Source: Spirochaetia bacterium (GTDB lineage Bacteria; Spirochaetota; Spirochaetia; UBA9216). From it: a stretch of DNA of 64,000 nt. Numbering within the stretch: the first letter of the stretch is position 1; the number at the start of each line of letters is the position of its first letter. The stretch spans positions 1,952,001 through 2,016,000 of the forward strand of contig CAXXYH010000004.1 of the NCBI GenBank assembly GCA_963677925.2, in the 5' to 3' direction. The notes below the pieces were generated by a model. The model did no database searches. It had not been told where the DNA came from and was given only the letters and a program-made list of their open reading frames with translations. This document shows positions 38,136-47,351 of the stretch, piece by piece. The translations under genes were made by a program, and so were the position numbers.

Positions 38136-39476
38136 ATGAGTTCAGATATTTTTGACATACAGGCTCTGGATATTCTTGCCGACTCCGCGCGAGAGGAAAG
38201 CAAGGAAAAGACCGAAAATATTGATTATAAAATGGTAACCTTCTCCTTAGGCGGAAAGGATTATGGAATTGATATCATGAAGGTGAAGGAGATATCCAAG
38301 GCGTCCAAATTCACCTACGTTCCTAATTCCATTCCCTTTGTTAAGGGCGTATACAACCTTCGAGGCGATATTATATCTGTAATTGATTTACGCATAATGT
38401 TTAATCTGCCGGTTCCTGAAAATCATGGCGGAGTTGAGAATATGATAATTCTCAGACTTGAAGACAACACTCTCGGCATAATTGTTGATTCTATCGACAA
38501 GGTTGTAGGGATTTCATCTCAGAGGATTCAGCCTCCGCATCCACTTTTCGGAGATATCAATATTAAGTTTATCAAGGGGATCGTCGAGAACGACAGTAAG
38601 CTTTATATCATACTTGATGTAGAGAGCGTCTTTGATCAGAAAGCGGCGGAAGCTTCACTGAATAATGTTAATACTGTTAAAGCTGTGCAGTCATATAAAG
38701 CTGATTCAGGTACTGATATTCCGAAGGTATCAGCAGGCGTTGATGTTGATTACAGTTTTATAGTTGAAACACTTGAAACCCTTGGGGGATTCACTGTAAG
38801 CAGTATCAATGAGCCATGGGTTAAAAACAGGTTTCAGCAGTGGAAAAAGGAAAGAGCCGATGCTGGATTTGATGTTCAGCTCAACAACGGCAGTGATGCT
38901 GAAAAGTTCCTTGCAGGGTTTAATTCTGCATATACCGGAGTGTTCTGGGAAAGAGATTACATTGAAAATGTTAAGAAATTACTTCCGGATGTTTCCGGCG
39001 GTGTGATGAATGTCTGGAACATCGGGTGCGGAAAGGGTGAGGAGACTTATTCATTTGCGGTTGCATGCCGTGAACGCTATAGTGAAAAGAGGATAAAAAT
39101 ATATGCTCATGATAAGGACCTGCTTAATATTTCAACAGCCCCTAATCTAGTTTTCACCAGAGATGCTGTTCCGGGAATTTATTCTGAATATATTGCTGAC
39201 GGAAAAAACGGCTGGCAGTTCAATTCTGAAATCAAGGATTTGATCCTGTTCGAGTATCATGATGTCACTCATGATAATCAGATGCCGCCAATGGACATTA
39301 TACTTGTACGTGATGTACTTTCCTTTCTAAGCAGGGAAGAACAGGGTAAATTGATTTCTATCTTTGATGAGACACTGAAAACGGGAGGGCTGCTGATAGT
39401 TGGAGCAAATGAAACAATTAGAGGTGATAACTGGGAGCCGGTTAAAGGAAGCACTTCGGCTTACAGGAAAAGATGA
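38136..39476 (+). CDS. cheW: CheW fused to a CheR-like domain (spirochaete type)
   Basis: VTF.L...YGI.I..VKEI, GV.NLRG; C-terminal VWNIGC..GEE.YS, F..HD, D.I..RDVL; AGGAG RBS before ATG 38136. Confidence 0.92.
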   Translation: MSSDIFDIQALDILADSAREESKEKTENIDYKMVTFSLGGKDYGIDIMKVKEISKASKFTYVPNSIPFVKGVYNLRGDIISVIDLRIMFNLPVPENHGGVENMIILRLEDNTLGIIVDSIDKVVGISSQRIQPPHPLFGDINIKFIKGIVENDSKLYIILDVESVFDQKAAEASLNNVNTVKAVQSYKADSGTDIPKVSAGVDVDYSFIVETLETLGGFTVSSINEPWVKNRFQQWKKERADAGFDVQLNNGSDAEKFLAGFNSAYTGVFWERDYIENVKKLLPDVSGGVMNVWNIGCGKGEETYSFAVACRERYSEKRIKIYAHDKDLLNISTAPNLVFTRDAVPGIYSEYIADGKNGWQFNSEIKDLILFEYHDVTHDNQMPPMDIILVRDVLSFLSREEQGKLISIFDETLKTGGLLIVGANETIRGDNWEPVKGSTSAYRKR

Positions 39477-39492
39477 TACAGAGGAGTAACTG

Positions 39493-39954
39493 ATGAGAGT
39501 AGAATATATAAATCCATTTGTTGAGGCAGCATTTAATATTTTGAAGGAAGTTGTCGATTCTGATATTAAGCGCGGTGAATTATTTCTTAAATCAACTTCC
39601 CAGCCTGTTCTTGGTGTGGCTGCGATTGTTGGATTAGCTGGAGATGTAGAAGGTCGCGTGCTTTTTGACATGGCTGAAAATACAGCTCTGGCAATAGCAG
39701 GGCAAATGAATGGTGAGACTTTGACAGAAATGAATGATCTTGCAAAGGCTACTATTACTGAACTTGCTAATATGATTACTGCTCAGGCAGTTACAAAACT
39801 TCATGAACTGGGGTTTACTTTTGATCTGACTCCTCCGGCAATTTTTACCGGTGAGAACATGGAAGTTTCAGATTCCGGTGTTGAAGCCCTGATAGTTCCA
39901 ATTGAACTGAATCAGGGAAAACTTGAGATAAATGTTGCTGTAAGAGAAAGGTAG
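39493..39954 (+). CDS. cheX: CheY-P phosphatase CheX
   Basis: YINPF, GLAG...G, ELANM, TPP...G. Confidence 0.95.
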   Translation: MRVEYINPFVEAAFNILKEVVDSDIKRGELFLKSTSQPVLGVAAIVGLAGDVEGRVLFDMAENTALAIAGQMNGETLTEMNDLAKATITELANMITAQAVTKLHELGFTFDLTPPAIFTGENMEVSDSGVEALIVPIELNQGKLEINVAVRER

Positions 39955-39968
39955 CAGGAGATATAGAT

Positions 39969-40403
39969 ATGAAGAATAAACAGGATTTTCCTAATATTAA
40001 CGAACGGACCCCGGATGGACATAAGGATGACGGATCGGCTTTCAAGGTTCTGATTGTTGATGATTCAATGTTTGTAACCAAGCAGATAAGTCAAATTTTG
40101 AGCTCAGAAGGTTTTGAAATTGTAGGTACCGCAACTGACGGGCAGGAAGGTTTTGATAAATATAAAGAACTGTACCCTAATGTTGATATTGTGACCATGG
40201 ATATCACAATGCCTAAAATGGACGGAGTTACTGCTCTTGAAAAGATTATTGAGTTTGACAAGGAAGCTAAGGTCATAATGATCAGCGCTCTTGGAAAGCA
40301 GGACCTTGTCAAGAAATCACTGCTTATCGGAGCAAAGAACTACATTGTTAAACCTCTCGATAGAGCAAAGGTTCTTGAAAGAATACTAATGTCAATTAAA
40401 TAA
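39969..40403 (+). CDS. cheY: Chemotaxis response regulator CheY
   Basis: VLIVDDS, MDITMP.MDG, SALG, YIVKP; follows cheX. Confidence 0.93.
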   Translation: MKNKQDFPNINERTPDGHKDDGSAFKVLIVDDSMFVTKQISQILSSEGFEIVGTATDGQEGFDKYKELYPNVDIVTMDITMPKMDGVTALEKIIEFDKEAKVIMISALGKQDLVKKSLLIGAKNYIVKPLDRAKVLERILMSIK

Positions 40404-40423
40404 TCTGCTGAAACAGAAATTCC

Positions 40424-40455
40424 GCCGTCCCTTGATTTAAGGTGACGGCTTTTTT
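40424..40455 (+). terminator. Terminator of the che operon
   Basis: GCCGTC-CCTT...AAGG-T-GACGGC-TTTTTT. Confidence 0.8.
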
Positions 40456-40471
40456 ATTTATTGAAAGCTTA

Positions 40472-40499
40472 TTGACATCTATGCAATTCTTTATATAAT
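40472..40499 (+). promoter_or_regulatory. sigma70 promoter of tRNA-Val
   Basis: TTGACA-N16-TATAAT. Confidence 0.85.
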
Positions 40500-40516
40500 A
40501 GCTGAATACGGAATAG

Positions 40517-40590
40517 GGGCGGCTAGCTCAGTTGGTTAGAGCACTTGCTCGACACGCAAGGGGTCGTTGGTTCGAATCCAATGTCGCCCA
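40517..40590 (+). tRNA. tRNA-Val(GAC), CCA not encoded
   Basis: Acceptor GGGCGGC/GTCGCCC-A, D arm GCTC/GAGC, anticodon arm CTTGC-TCGACAC-GCAAG, T arm GTTGG-TTCGAAT-CCAAT. Confidence 0.95.
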
Positions 40591-40616
40591 TTCTATTGCC
40601 TGTGATGATAGGGTAG

Positions 40617-40649
40617 AAAACGGTAAGTTACATAACTTACCGTTTTTTT
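40617..40649 (+). terminator. Terminator after tRNA-Val
   Basis: AAAACGGTAAGTTA-CA-TAACTTACCGTTTT(TTT). Confidence 0.88.
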
Positions 40650-40701
40650 ATGCAAATTGGCTTTATTTAAAGCAGGATGATCGGTTGATATTCGGGTATT
40701 A

Positions 40702-40728
40702 TCAAAGCTTTCAGCTGTGAGCCGATAA
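40702..40728 (+). promoter_or_regulatory. sigma28-like promoter upstream of the cyclase gene
   Basis: TCAA-N15-GCCGATAA (consensus -10); a second TCCGATAA at 40756-40763. Confidence 0.6.
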
Positions 40729-40809
40729 TGGCGCTTGAATTTTATACCCCAATAATCCGATAATTAAATAAGTATGTTCATAAAAGTAATGAAAAGGCTG
40801 TTTAAATAA

Positions 40810-42291
40810 ATGACTACCACACAGGCAATTGACGCTAACACTTCTGAACAGGAACTGCTCCTGCATTTATATGAAAGGGTTTTGTCGGGTGAGATGCAGA
40901 CTTTCGCCAGTCTTACTGAATATGTCGGAAAACTGCCCGATTCAAAAAAACTCAGGAAGTGTCTATTCAAATCTTTTGAGCTTCAGCGTAAAATTTACTG
41001 GGGAATTTTTAAAGAATTAACTCCGAAAGCCTTCCCTCTGCTCTGGCAGGAAATGGTTATTGCAGACAGAAAATTCACTTTCGGCGGTGATTTAAAGAGG
41101 CTGATGTCGATTCCTGAAATTTATCTTGGACTGATAGATATTCACGGTTATACGAAATACTGTCAGGACAAAAAACGTAATATGTCGATGGTGGATCTTC
41201 TCGATCGGATGATCTATGAGGATGTAACAGCAATAAGTGCAGATTCCGGTGTTATTACCAAGCGTGCACAGGGTGATGAGATTCTGGTAATAGGAGCATC
41301 AGCATCTGATGTAATGAAGGCTGTTATGCAGATAATGGATTACTTCAATACGCAGGGCCGCTCATTCAGAAATACAATATTAAGCAGGAAACTGCCGGGA
41401 ACGGTTCTTCCGAAGTTTCAGATTTCTGCCGGTATATCCGGCGGACAGAAATTTACTCCGCTTGTTGTAACAAGAGACGGTGATATTTCGGGTGATATTG
41501 TAAATACTGCAGCAAGACTTCAGACCAAAGCCAACCGTATCAGCCCTAACAGCAACAGGATTATGATTACAAATCATGTTTTCCAGAAGTTTGTTTCCTG
41601 GCAGAAAGAAAACGAGGATGATTATTTTTCACGTGTTGATTTTTTCAATGTCGGAACTGTCGAGTTTAAGGGTGTTACCCTTGTAGTATACGATTTGATT
41701 TTTCTGCCGGAAGAGAGCAGGCGTCTGGAGCTCAGGGAAAAGATGGAAGTTCTTTATCAGAATTTGAATAAAAAGAACTGGAAGACAGGGGTCTTTGAGA
41801 GCGCGCTAGATGTTGCAGCCGGAAGTTTGAAAAATATGATAGAAAAAGGATGCCGCGACAGTTCTGCCGGAAGGATTCTTGAGGAAAGATGTAAGGGGCT
41901 GCTTGAACTAATTAAATCTGCGCTCAAACTTTTTAATGCCATGTATTATGAGGCTGCAATAAGCACGTTATCGCAGATTGTTGATGAGCTTATTCAGATA
42001 AAACAGATTGACAGGATTGTAATCGAATATCTGCAGCTTATACAGAAAAATTATCTTGAAATAAATAAGGCTTACACAGATATTCTTGATGAGGAAGTTG
42101 AAATCAGATTAAATGATCTCTACGGTCCCAAAGAAAAGACAAACTACCTTTTATTAAAAAAACATCAGAATATGTACAGCACAATACAGTCTTCAACAAG
42201 GCTTAAACTGAATAACCGAAAAAAACTATGGCACCGAATTACTGATGATATCGGATCAGAATTAAATATCAATCTTCAGTCCTTCAAGTAG
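40810..42291 (+). CDS. Soluble class III nucleotidyl (adenylate/guanylate) cyclase with helical N- and C-terminal extensions
   Basis: IDIHGYT, GDE, ISAGI..G, DISGD.VNTAARL, FKG motifs. Confidence 0.82.
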   Translation: MTTTQAIDANTSEQELLLHLYERVLSGEMQTFASLTEYVGKLPDSKKLRKCLFKSFELQRKIYWGIFKELTPKAFPLLWQEMVIADRKFTFGGDLKRLMSIPEIYLGLIDIHGYTKYCQDKKRNMSMVDLLDRMIYEDVTAISADSGVITKRAQGDEILVIGASASDVMKAVMQIMDYFNTQGRSFRNTILSRKLPGTVLPKFQISAGISGGQKFTPLVVTRDGDISGDIVNTAARLQTKANRISPNSNRIMITNHVFQKFVSWQKENEDDYFSRVDFFNVGTVEFKGVTLVVYDLIFLPEESRRLELREKMEVLYQNLNKKNWKTGVFESALDVAAGSLKNMIEKGCRDSSAGRILEERCKGLLELIKSALKLFNAMYYEAAISTLSQIVDELIQIKQIDRIVIEYLQLIQKNYLEINKAYTDILDEEVEIRLNDLYGPKEKTNYLLLKKHQNMYSTIQSSTRLKLNNRKKLWHRITDDIGSELNINLQSFK

Positions 42292-42376
42292 TATTTATCG
42301 ATAATATTTAAAACTTATTTCCAAAGGGATTAAATTAAGTTAATATTGAATATATTCGGTAAAAAAGATATGGGTA

Positions 42377-43663
42377 GTGATTAAAGATAATAGAGATAAG
42401 CTCTGGACCAGAGCATTTATAATAATATGTATAGTATCGTTATTTGTCCGTTTAAGCAGTTTTATGCGCGGGGTTTCCCTGCCTCTTTTTGTACTTGATC
42501 TTGGATATCAGAAAACTCAAGCCGGGCTTATGACTTCGATCTATGCTATAACTGCACTTGTTTTCCGCCCTCTCATGGGAAATCTGATTGATAAGAAAAG
42601 CCGCAGGAGTATCCTTCTTTTTGGTAATGCGGTTTTTGTTGTAACTATAAGCAGCTTCGGATTATATAAATTTTTTCCTCCCTCTTTGCATTCAATCTGG
42701 GTTCTTTATCTTATACAGCTAATCAATGGCATCGGATTTTCTGCCAATTCAGTTGCACTGAGCACTATATCAACTGATGTAATACCAAACAGCCGCATGA
42801 CCGAGGGAATCGGTTACTTTGGACTGACATCCTCAGTTACAATGGCATTTGCGCCCTCCCTGGCTCTATTCACTATGGACAGGACAGGTTACAGCAATGG
42901 ATTTCTTATTACATCAGGTATAGCTTTTTTTGCACTTCTTCTTGGGCTAATGGTCAATTATGAAAAGGCTGAATCGATGAAGCCAAGAGCTGATATCCCT
43001 GAAAATTTAGATACAACTGTCGTGGAAAAATCAGCAGGCAAATGCGGTTTCTGGGATAAAATAATTGAACCAAACGCTTTTATTCCTGCTTTGATAATGA
43101 TGCTGACCATGTTCGGCGGTTCATCTATCAATACCTTTCTTCCAACATATACCAGAGAAAATGCAATTCCGGCCACCGGTCTTGTATTTACAGTACAGGC
43201 TGCAGGTTCGATTATATCCAGGCTATTTATCGGTGGACTCTCCGAGAAGTGGGGACAGGCCAGAGTCCTTGTCATCGGGTTTATCTGTGATTTTTCAGGG
43301 ATGCTGCTTATTTTTTCTTCATCTTTAATCATTGACAGTGATACGCCGGCGGCTGTCAATCTGGCTGTTACCGTCATGCTTACAGCGGGTTTTCTGACAG
43401 GCGCGTCAAAAGCGTTCATTATGACTGTACTTAATACTGAGGCTATTATAAGAACTCCTATGAACCGCAGAGGTTCGGCAAATGCTACTTTTTATATGTT
43501 CATGGATGTAGGGGTTGGTCTGGGGTCAGTAGTGTGGGGCAGAACTGCTGATGTCTTCGGAACCAGCTGGATTTATGCAGGTGCAGCTGTTTTCTCTGTA
43601 TCAGGTCTGATTGCCTCCTCCCGGCTTAGAAGACGTATGAACGAACACCGAGCTAAGCTATAG
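42377..43663 (+). CDS. MFS transporter
   Basis: About 12 TM; G.LIDKKSRR loop motif; P..R.G.A. Confidence 0.9.
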   Translation: MIKDNRDKLWTRAFIIICIVSLFVRLSSFMRGVSLPLFVLDLGYQKTQAGLMTSIYAITALVFRPLMGNLIDKKSRRSILLFGNAVFVVTISSFGLYKFFPPSLHSIWVLYLIQLINGIGFSANSVALSTISTDVIPNSRMTEGIGYFGLTSSVTMAFAPSLALFTMDRTGYSNGFLITSGIAFFALLLGLMVNYEKAESMKPRADIPENLDTTVVEKSAGKCGFWDKIIEPNAFIPALIMMLTMFGGSSINTFLPTYTRENAIPATGLVFTVQAAGSIISRLFIGGLSEKWGQARVLVIGFICDFSGMLLIFSSSLIIDSDTPAAVNLAVTVMLTAGFLTGASKAFIMTVLNTEAIIRTPMNRRGSANATFYMFMDVGVGLGSVVWGRTADVFGTSWIYAGAAVFSVSGLIASSRLRRRMNEHRAKL

Positions 43664-44399
43664 TCTTTATGAAATAAGCCCAGAAAATCGAAACTGAACT
43701 GGATAGAAGCGTTCCTATCAGTACATATTCTGCAAAATTTTTATCTTCCAGATTCTTATACCGGGTAATGCTTTTTGCCGTTAGTATAAAGGCTATTGAT
43801 GTATAGTTTCCGGTTATTACAAAAAAGAAAAATAGTATTCTTTCCAGTACACCGATTATTTTTCCGCGTTTTAGTTCTGTTTCATCTGTAATCTGTGATT
43901 CTTTTGTAAGCGGTTCGATTCTAACAAGTTCGAGTATATGCCTTATGGGATTATTCAGTTCATTAACCAGAGCTGCTGTACCGAAACTGTAGATTAAAAA
44001 GGCTGATAATTCCAGTTCGGAGAACTCCTCTGTAAAGACAAGGTTTTCAGCAATCTTTGCTGTAAAGCTCAGTGTTCTGCTGTTAAAGATACCAGCTCCG
44101 GGAACAAATACAAAAGTAATCAGACCTGCTGCGATTATGAAAATGAACTCAATAAAACGTTTGAGATAGATAAACTTGGCCTTCTTTTCGATTAATAAAA
44201 ATACAAAATGATAAATTGCAAGAAACGCCATCAGAAGCGGAAAGGAATTATGGTTCATGGCCGGTAAAAGTGATATTACTTCAATCAGCAGAATCAGCAG
44301 GTTACGGCTAAGCCCTGCGACAGGCTTATGGTTCCAGTGATAAAAAAGTCTTGGTACAATAATACAGAGATAGAAATAGAATAAAACTGTTTTTTCCAT
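43653..44399 (-). CDS. Membrane protein with DUF3307/SatE-like C-terminal region
   Basis: GKIIGVLER.L......G....I.F..TAKS..RY.......FAEY.LIGTL.S; directly downstream of satD. Confidence 0.75.
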   Translation of the reverse strand: MEKTVLFYFYLCIIVPRLFYHWNHKPVAGLSRNLLILLIEVISLLPAMNHNSFPLLMAFLAIYHFVFLLIEKKAKFIYLKRFIEFIFIIAAGLITFVFVPGAGIFNSRTLSFTAKIAENLVFTEEFSELELSAFLIYSFGTAALVNELNNPIRHILELVRIEPLTKESQITDETELKRGKIIGVLERILFFFFVITGNYTSIAFILTAKSITRYKNLEDKNFAEYVLIGTLLSSSVSIFWAYFIKTIA

Positions 44400-44401
44400 A
44401 A

Positions 44402-45025
44402 TTATACTTTTCCTGTTTTTGAAATGATAGTTTCGAAATAGTCCGCATAATAATTCAGATTATGTGTTTCAATCAGTTTATACACAGCTCTTTCCGATAT
44501 CTTCAGTTCGGTCTGTATAGCTTTGATACTTTTCTTCCGCAGCAGCCCTTCAAACGTATAAAATGTATTCGGCTTCCATTTATCCATCATTGAAAAGACA
44601 AGAGTATTTATCCTGTTTAATAGAAGATTTTGCTCATCATCTTCATTTGCAAAAAACTGGATATTAGTAAAATTATGCTTTTTCATACTGGATAAACCGT
44701 CTCTGGCAGAATAAAATGCTGGACCATCCATCCCCAGTGCTGAATTGTTGTTTATTATTGTGCTGATACTGCCTGTCCCGATAGAGACCCGGAGTTTAAC
44801 AGGGTATATAGCCATCATTATAGTAATAACATCAGATATAATCGGAGCTTCTTTTCTGCAGACTGCCTGAAACTCGTCTCCCAGCGTCACTGTATATGGT
44901 GATACGAGGTTATCACTGTTTTGATTTAAAGTATTCAATACTGTTATCAGTTTATTCTGAAGTTCGCCTCGATTATCTATTTTTTTAGAGTTTATTATAT
45001 CTGCAATTACCGCACAGTAAACCAT
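44402..45025 (-). CDS. satD: SatD family protein (nucleotidyl-cyclase-like fold plus C-terminal HTH)
   Basis: IADIINSK, T.GDEFQ, RVSIG.G, DGPAF..AR; C-terminal KSIKAIQTELKISERAVYK; start re-called to ATG 45025. Confidence 0.85.
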   Translation of the reverse strand: MVYCAVIADIINSKKIDNRGELQNKLITVLNTLNQNSDNLVSPYTVTLGDEFQAVCRKEAPIISDVITIMMAIYPVKLRVSIGTGSISTIINNNSALGMDGPAFYSARDGLSSMKKHNFTNIQFFANEDDEQNLLLNRINTLVFSMMDKWKPNTFYTFEGLLRKKSIKAIQTELKISERAVYKLIETHNLNYYADYFETIISKTGKV

Positions 45026-45031
45026 GACTAT

Positions 45032-45061
45032 ATTGTACCAATATAATTCAATATTTGTCAA
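45032..45061 (-). promoter_or_regulatory. Leaderless sigma70 promoter of satD
   Basis: Minus strand TTGACA-N18-TACAAT (with TG extended -10)-N6-ATG. Confidence 0.7.
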
Positions 45062-45109
45062 ATGAACTAAAAAAGTACATAATAATATATTTGTACCAAT
45101 TGGGTACAA
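45033..45109. repeat. Array of three 19-bp palindromic boxes at 29-bp period (probable operators)
   Basis: TTGTACC-AATAT-AATTCAA (45033), ATGAACT-AAAAA-AGTACAT (45062), TTGTACC-AATTG-GGTACAA (45091), each separated by 10 bp. Confidence 0.75.
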
Positions 45110-45176
45110 TAAAAATTATTAAGTTGAAATGAAATTATGTCTATCGGGGGGTATATTAAAAATGGAGAAAAACTAA

Positions 45177-47336
45177 ATGAAACAAAAACTCATCTTAAAA
45201 GTAATAGCCGTAATGGCTGTATTTTCGTTTTTATCATGTGATGACGGAATCCTGGAAAAATTGAAAGAAGATGTTGAGATTGCTACAGCAAGGCTGCTTG
45301 AACTTACTGTTACAGCCTCTGATCATGGAACTGTTGAACCTTCCGGAAGTGTATACGTAGCAAAGGGCAGTCCATATGAAATTGCTGCAGTTCCCGATGA
45401 CGGCTATCGTTTTTCCGGATGGGAAGCCTCAGGCGGAGAGGGTATAACATTCGGGAATGCTGCAGATGCATCTACAACAGTTACCTTGTCTTCTGGAAAT
45501 GCTTCTATCTCAGCTAATTTTGAAATCTACAAGATTGGAGATGTTGCTTTTTCACCTGAACCGGGTACTTTTTATGAAACCACAACTATATATCTGTCAA
45601 CTGATATATCCGATGCTGATATTTATTATACTCTTGATGAAACAGAGCCTACGGAGACTTCTGGTACATTGTACGATTCAAATACCGGGATAATTCTTTC
45701 TGACACAGATACTACAACTGTAATTTCCGCAGCCGCTTTCAAAAGCGGTCTGACCTCAAGCAATCCTTCTGCAGGGACCTATTCGATCTATGGAACAGTA
45801 AACGCCCCGGTTATATCATCAACCCCGGAATCCTCTGAAGTATCTGATTTTTTCACTGTGTCTTTGTCTCCGGCTACTTCAGGATCTGATATCTTTTATA
45901 CGAAAGACGGTTCTGTACCGGATGCAGGAAGTATCCCCTATTCAGGCTCTTTAAGTGTAACTGAAAATACAACAGTCCGGGCTGTCGCCTTGAAAAATAA
46001 CTGGCTGGATTCTTCCATTGCTTCTGAAACATTTATAACAGGATGGGCAAAGGCATCAGGTACAAGTTCATATACAGAGACTGGAATGAGTGCTGTGCAG
46101 GGAACGGATGGTTATATCTATGTAACAGCAAAGAGCTCTATGAATACCAACCGTCGTCTTTATAAATATACCTCCTATGGCAGCAGAGTCTGGGGGCGTG
46201 TTCTTGATCAAACTGTAGTAGATACCGGAAAACCCATTACACTTGCTGCAGACGGTAGAATAGTCAGCTGTGGTTCCTCTCAAGTTGGAACTGGTTATAC
46301 ACGTACAGTAAAAACAAATACTACAGGTTCTAATGTCTTTGCATCTCAGGTAACACCTTATAGTGGTGAGAGTGCTGATAAAATGCGACATGAAAGCGTT
46401 GTGCTGATGAATGATGGAAAGTTTGTTTTTTCAGGATCCTATTACGGTGATATGGCTGGTTACTCGTTCGTACTTCTCTCTGTAGCAGATTCATCCGGGA
46501 ATATGTCTTACGGAAAATATTACGGAGGCTCGGACGTTGTTCGAACTCCTGGGCTGGATGTTTATCCTGCATCCGGTACAACTACCGGATTTATCATGTC
46601 AGGATACTATCAGGGGACAGGAGGAATAGATGGTTTTTTTATAATTACCGGAATAGACGGAAGCATAATCTCCCAAAAAAAATACTATTCTTCTCAGGGT
46701 ACAAATGAAGATGATAAATTTTATAGTGCAAGATCAGTAGGTTCATCAGGATTTATTATTGCCGGAGAATCCAATGGTGTTAATCTTTATGGAACAAGTC
46801 TCGATGCTGTACTGATCAGTCTTGACAGCTCAGGAAATCAAAATTGGATAAAATGTCTTGGAAACGTCAGTTACGATGACGGTTTTTATGATGCTATTCC
46901 TACTTCGGATGGAGGTTTTCTTGCTGCCGGGTACACTGAAGCTGCAGGTGCAGGCGGGAAGGATATCTGGATAGTTAAATTCACTTCTTCCGGTACAGTA
47001 AGCTGGCAGCGAGTTTACGGCGGAACGAGTGATGATTTTGCGAATGATATCCTACTCCTTAACGACGGTACTTATCTGATAACGGGAACAACCGCATCGT
47101 TTGGAACCGGAACAAACATATGGCTTCTTAAAATTGATGATGCTGGGAATATGTTTGCTAATACATCGGATCTTGTTTTAGCTCAATCTGCTTCAATACC
47201 ATATTCTGGCTTTACTCTATCAAGTACTAATTTAACATGGTCTGATTCACAGAATATTGCACCTAATTCTTCAGCCTGTGCGGACTACTCATCATCATCA
47301 GAAACGCCTGCAGTATGGGAACAGTTCCCTCAGTAA
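45177..47336 (+). CDS. Surface lipoprotein: InlB-B/bacterial repeat, two chitobiase-C/Fn3-associated domains and a beta-propeller
   Basis: Lipobox FLS-C; A.PDDGYRFSGW; IYYTLD.TEP and IFYTKDGS.P; W...YGG...D....I....DG repeats; Ser/Thr-rich. Confidence 0.8.
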   Translation: MKQKLILKVIAVMAVFSFLSCDDGILEKLKEDVEIATARLLELTVTASDHGTVEPSGSVYVAKGSPYEIAAVPDDGYRFSGWEASGGEGITFGNAADASTTVTLSSGNASISANFEIYKIGDVAFSPEPGTFYETTTIYLSTDISDADIYYTLDETEPTETSGTLYDSNTGIILSDTDTTTVISAAAFKSGLTSSNPSAGTYSIYGTVNAPVISSTPESSEVSDFFTVSLSPATSGSDIFYTKDGSVPDAGSIPYSGSLSVTENTTVRAVALKNNWLDSSIASETFITGWAKASGTSSYTETGMSAVQGTDGYIYVTAKSSMNTNRRLYKYTSYGSRVWGRVLDQTVVDTGKPITLAADGRIVSCGSSQVGTGYTRTVKTNTTGSNVFASQVTPYSGESADKMRHESVVLMNDGKFVFSGSYYGDMAGYSFVLLSVADSSGNMSYGKYYGGSDVVRTPGLDVYPASGTTTGFIMSGYYQGTGGIDGFFIITGIDGSIISQKKYYSSQGTNEDDKFYSARSVGSSGFIIAGESNGVNLYGTSLDAVLISLDSSGNQNWIKCLGNVSYDDGFYDAIPTSDGGFLAAGYTEAAGAGGKDIWIVKFTSSGTVSWQRVYGGTSDDFANDILLLNDGTYLITGTTASFGTGTNIWLLKIDDAGNMFANTSDLVLAQSASIPYSGFTLSSTNLTWSDSQNIAPNSSACADYSSSSETPAVWEQFPQ

Positions 47337-47351
47337 GTAAAGGAAAAAGTA

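Noticed and set aside
35725-39476. CheW-CheR fusion and extended CheA dimerisation domain as novelty
   Set aside because: Both are established features of spirochaete chemotaxis systems.
40532-40720. 62-aa ORF MVRALARHARGRWFES
   Set aside because: It is a translation of the tRNA-Val gene and its terminator.
40810-43663. Pycsar anti-phage system (cyclase + effector)
   Set aside because: The neighbour is an ordinary MFS transporter with no cNMP-binding or TIR effector.
45033-45109. Mini CRISPR array
   Set aside because: Repeats are 19 bp and degenerate with 10-bp spacers, there are no cas genes, and they overlap a promoter; operators fit better.
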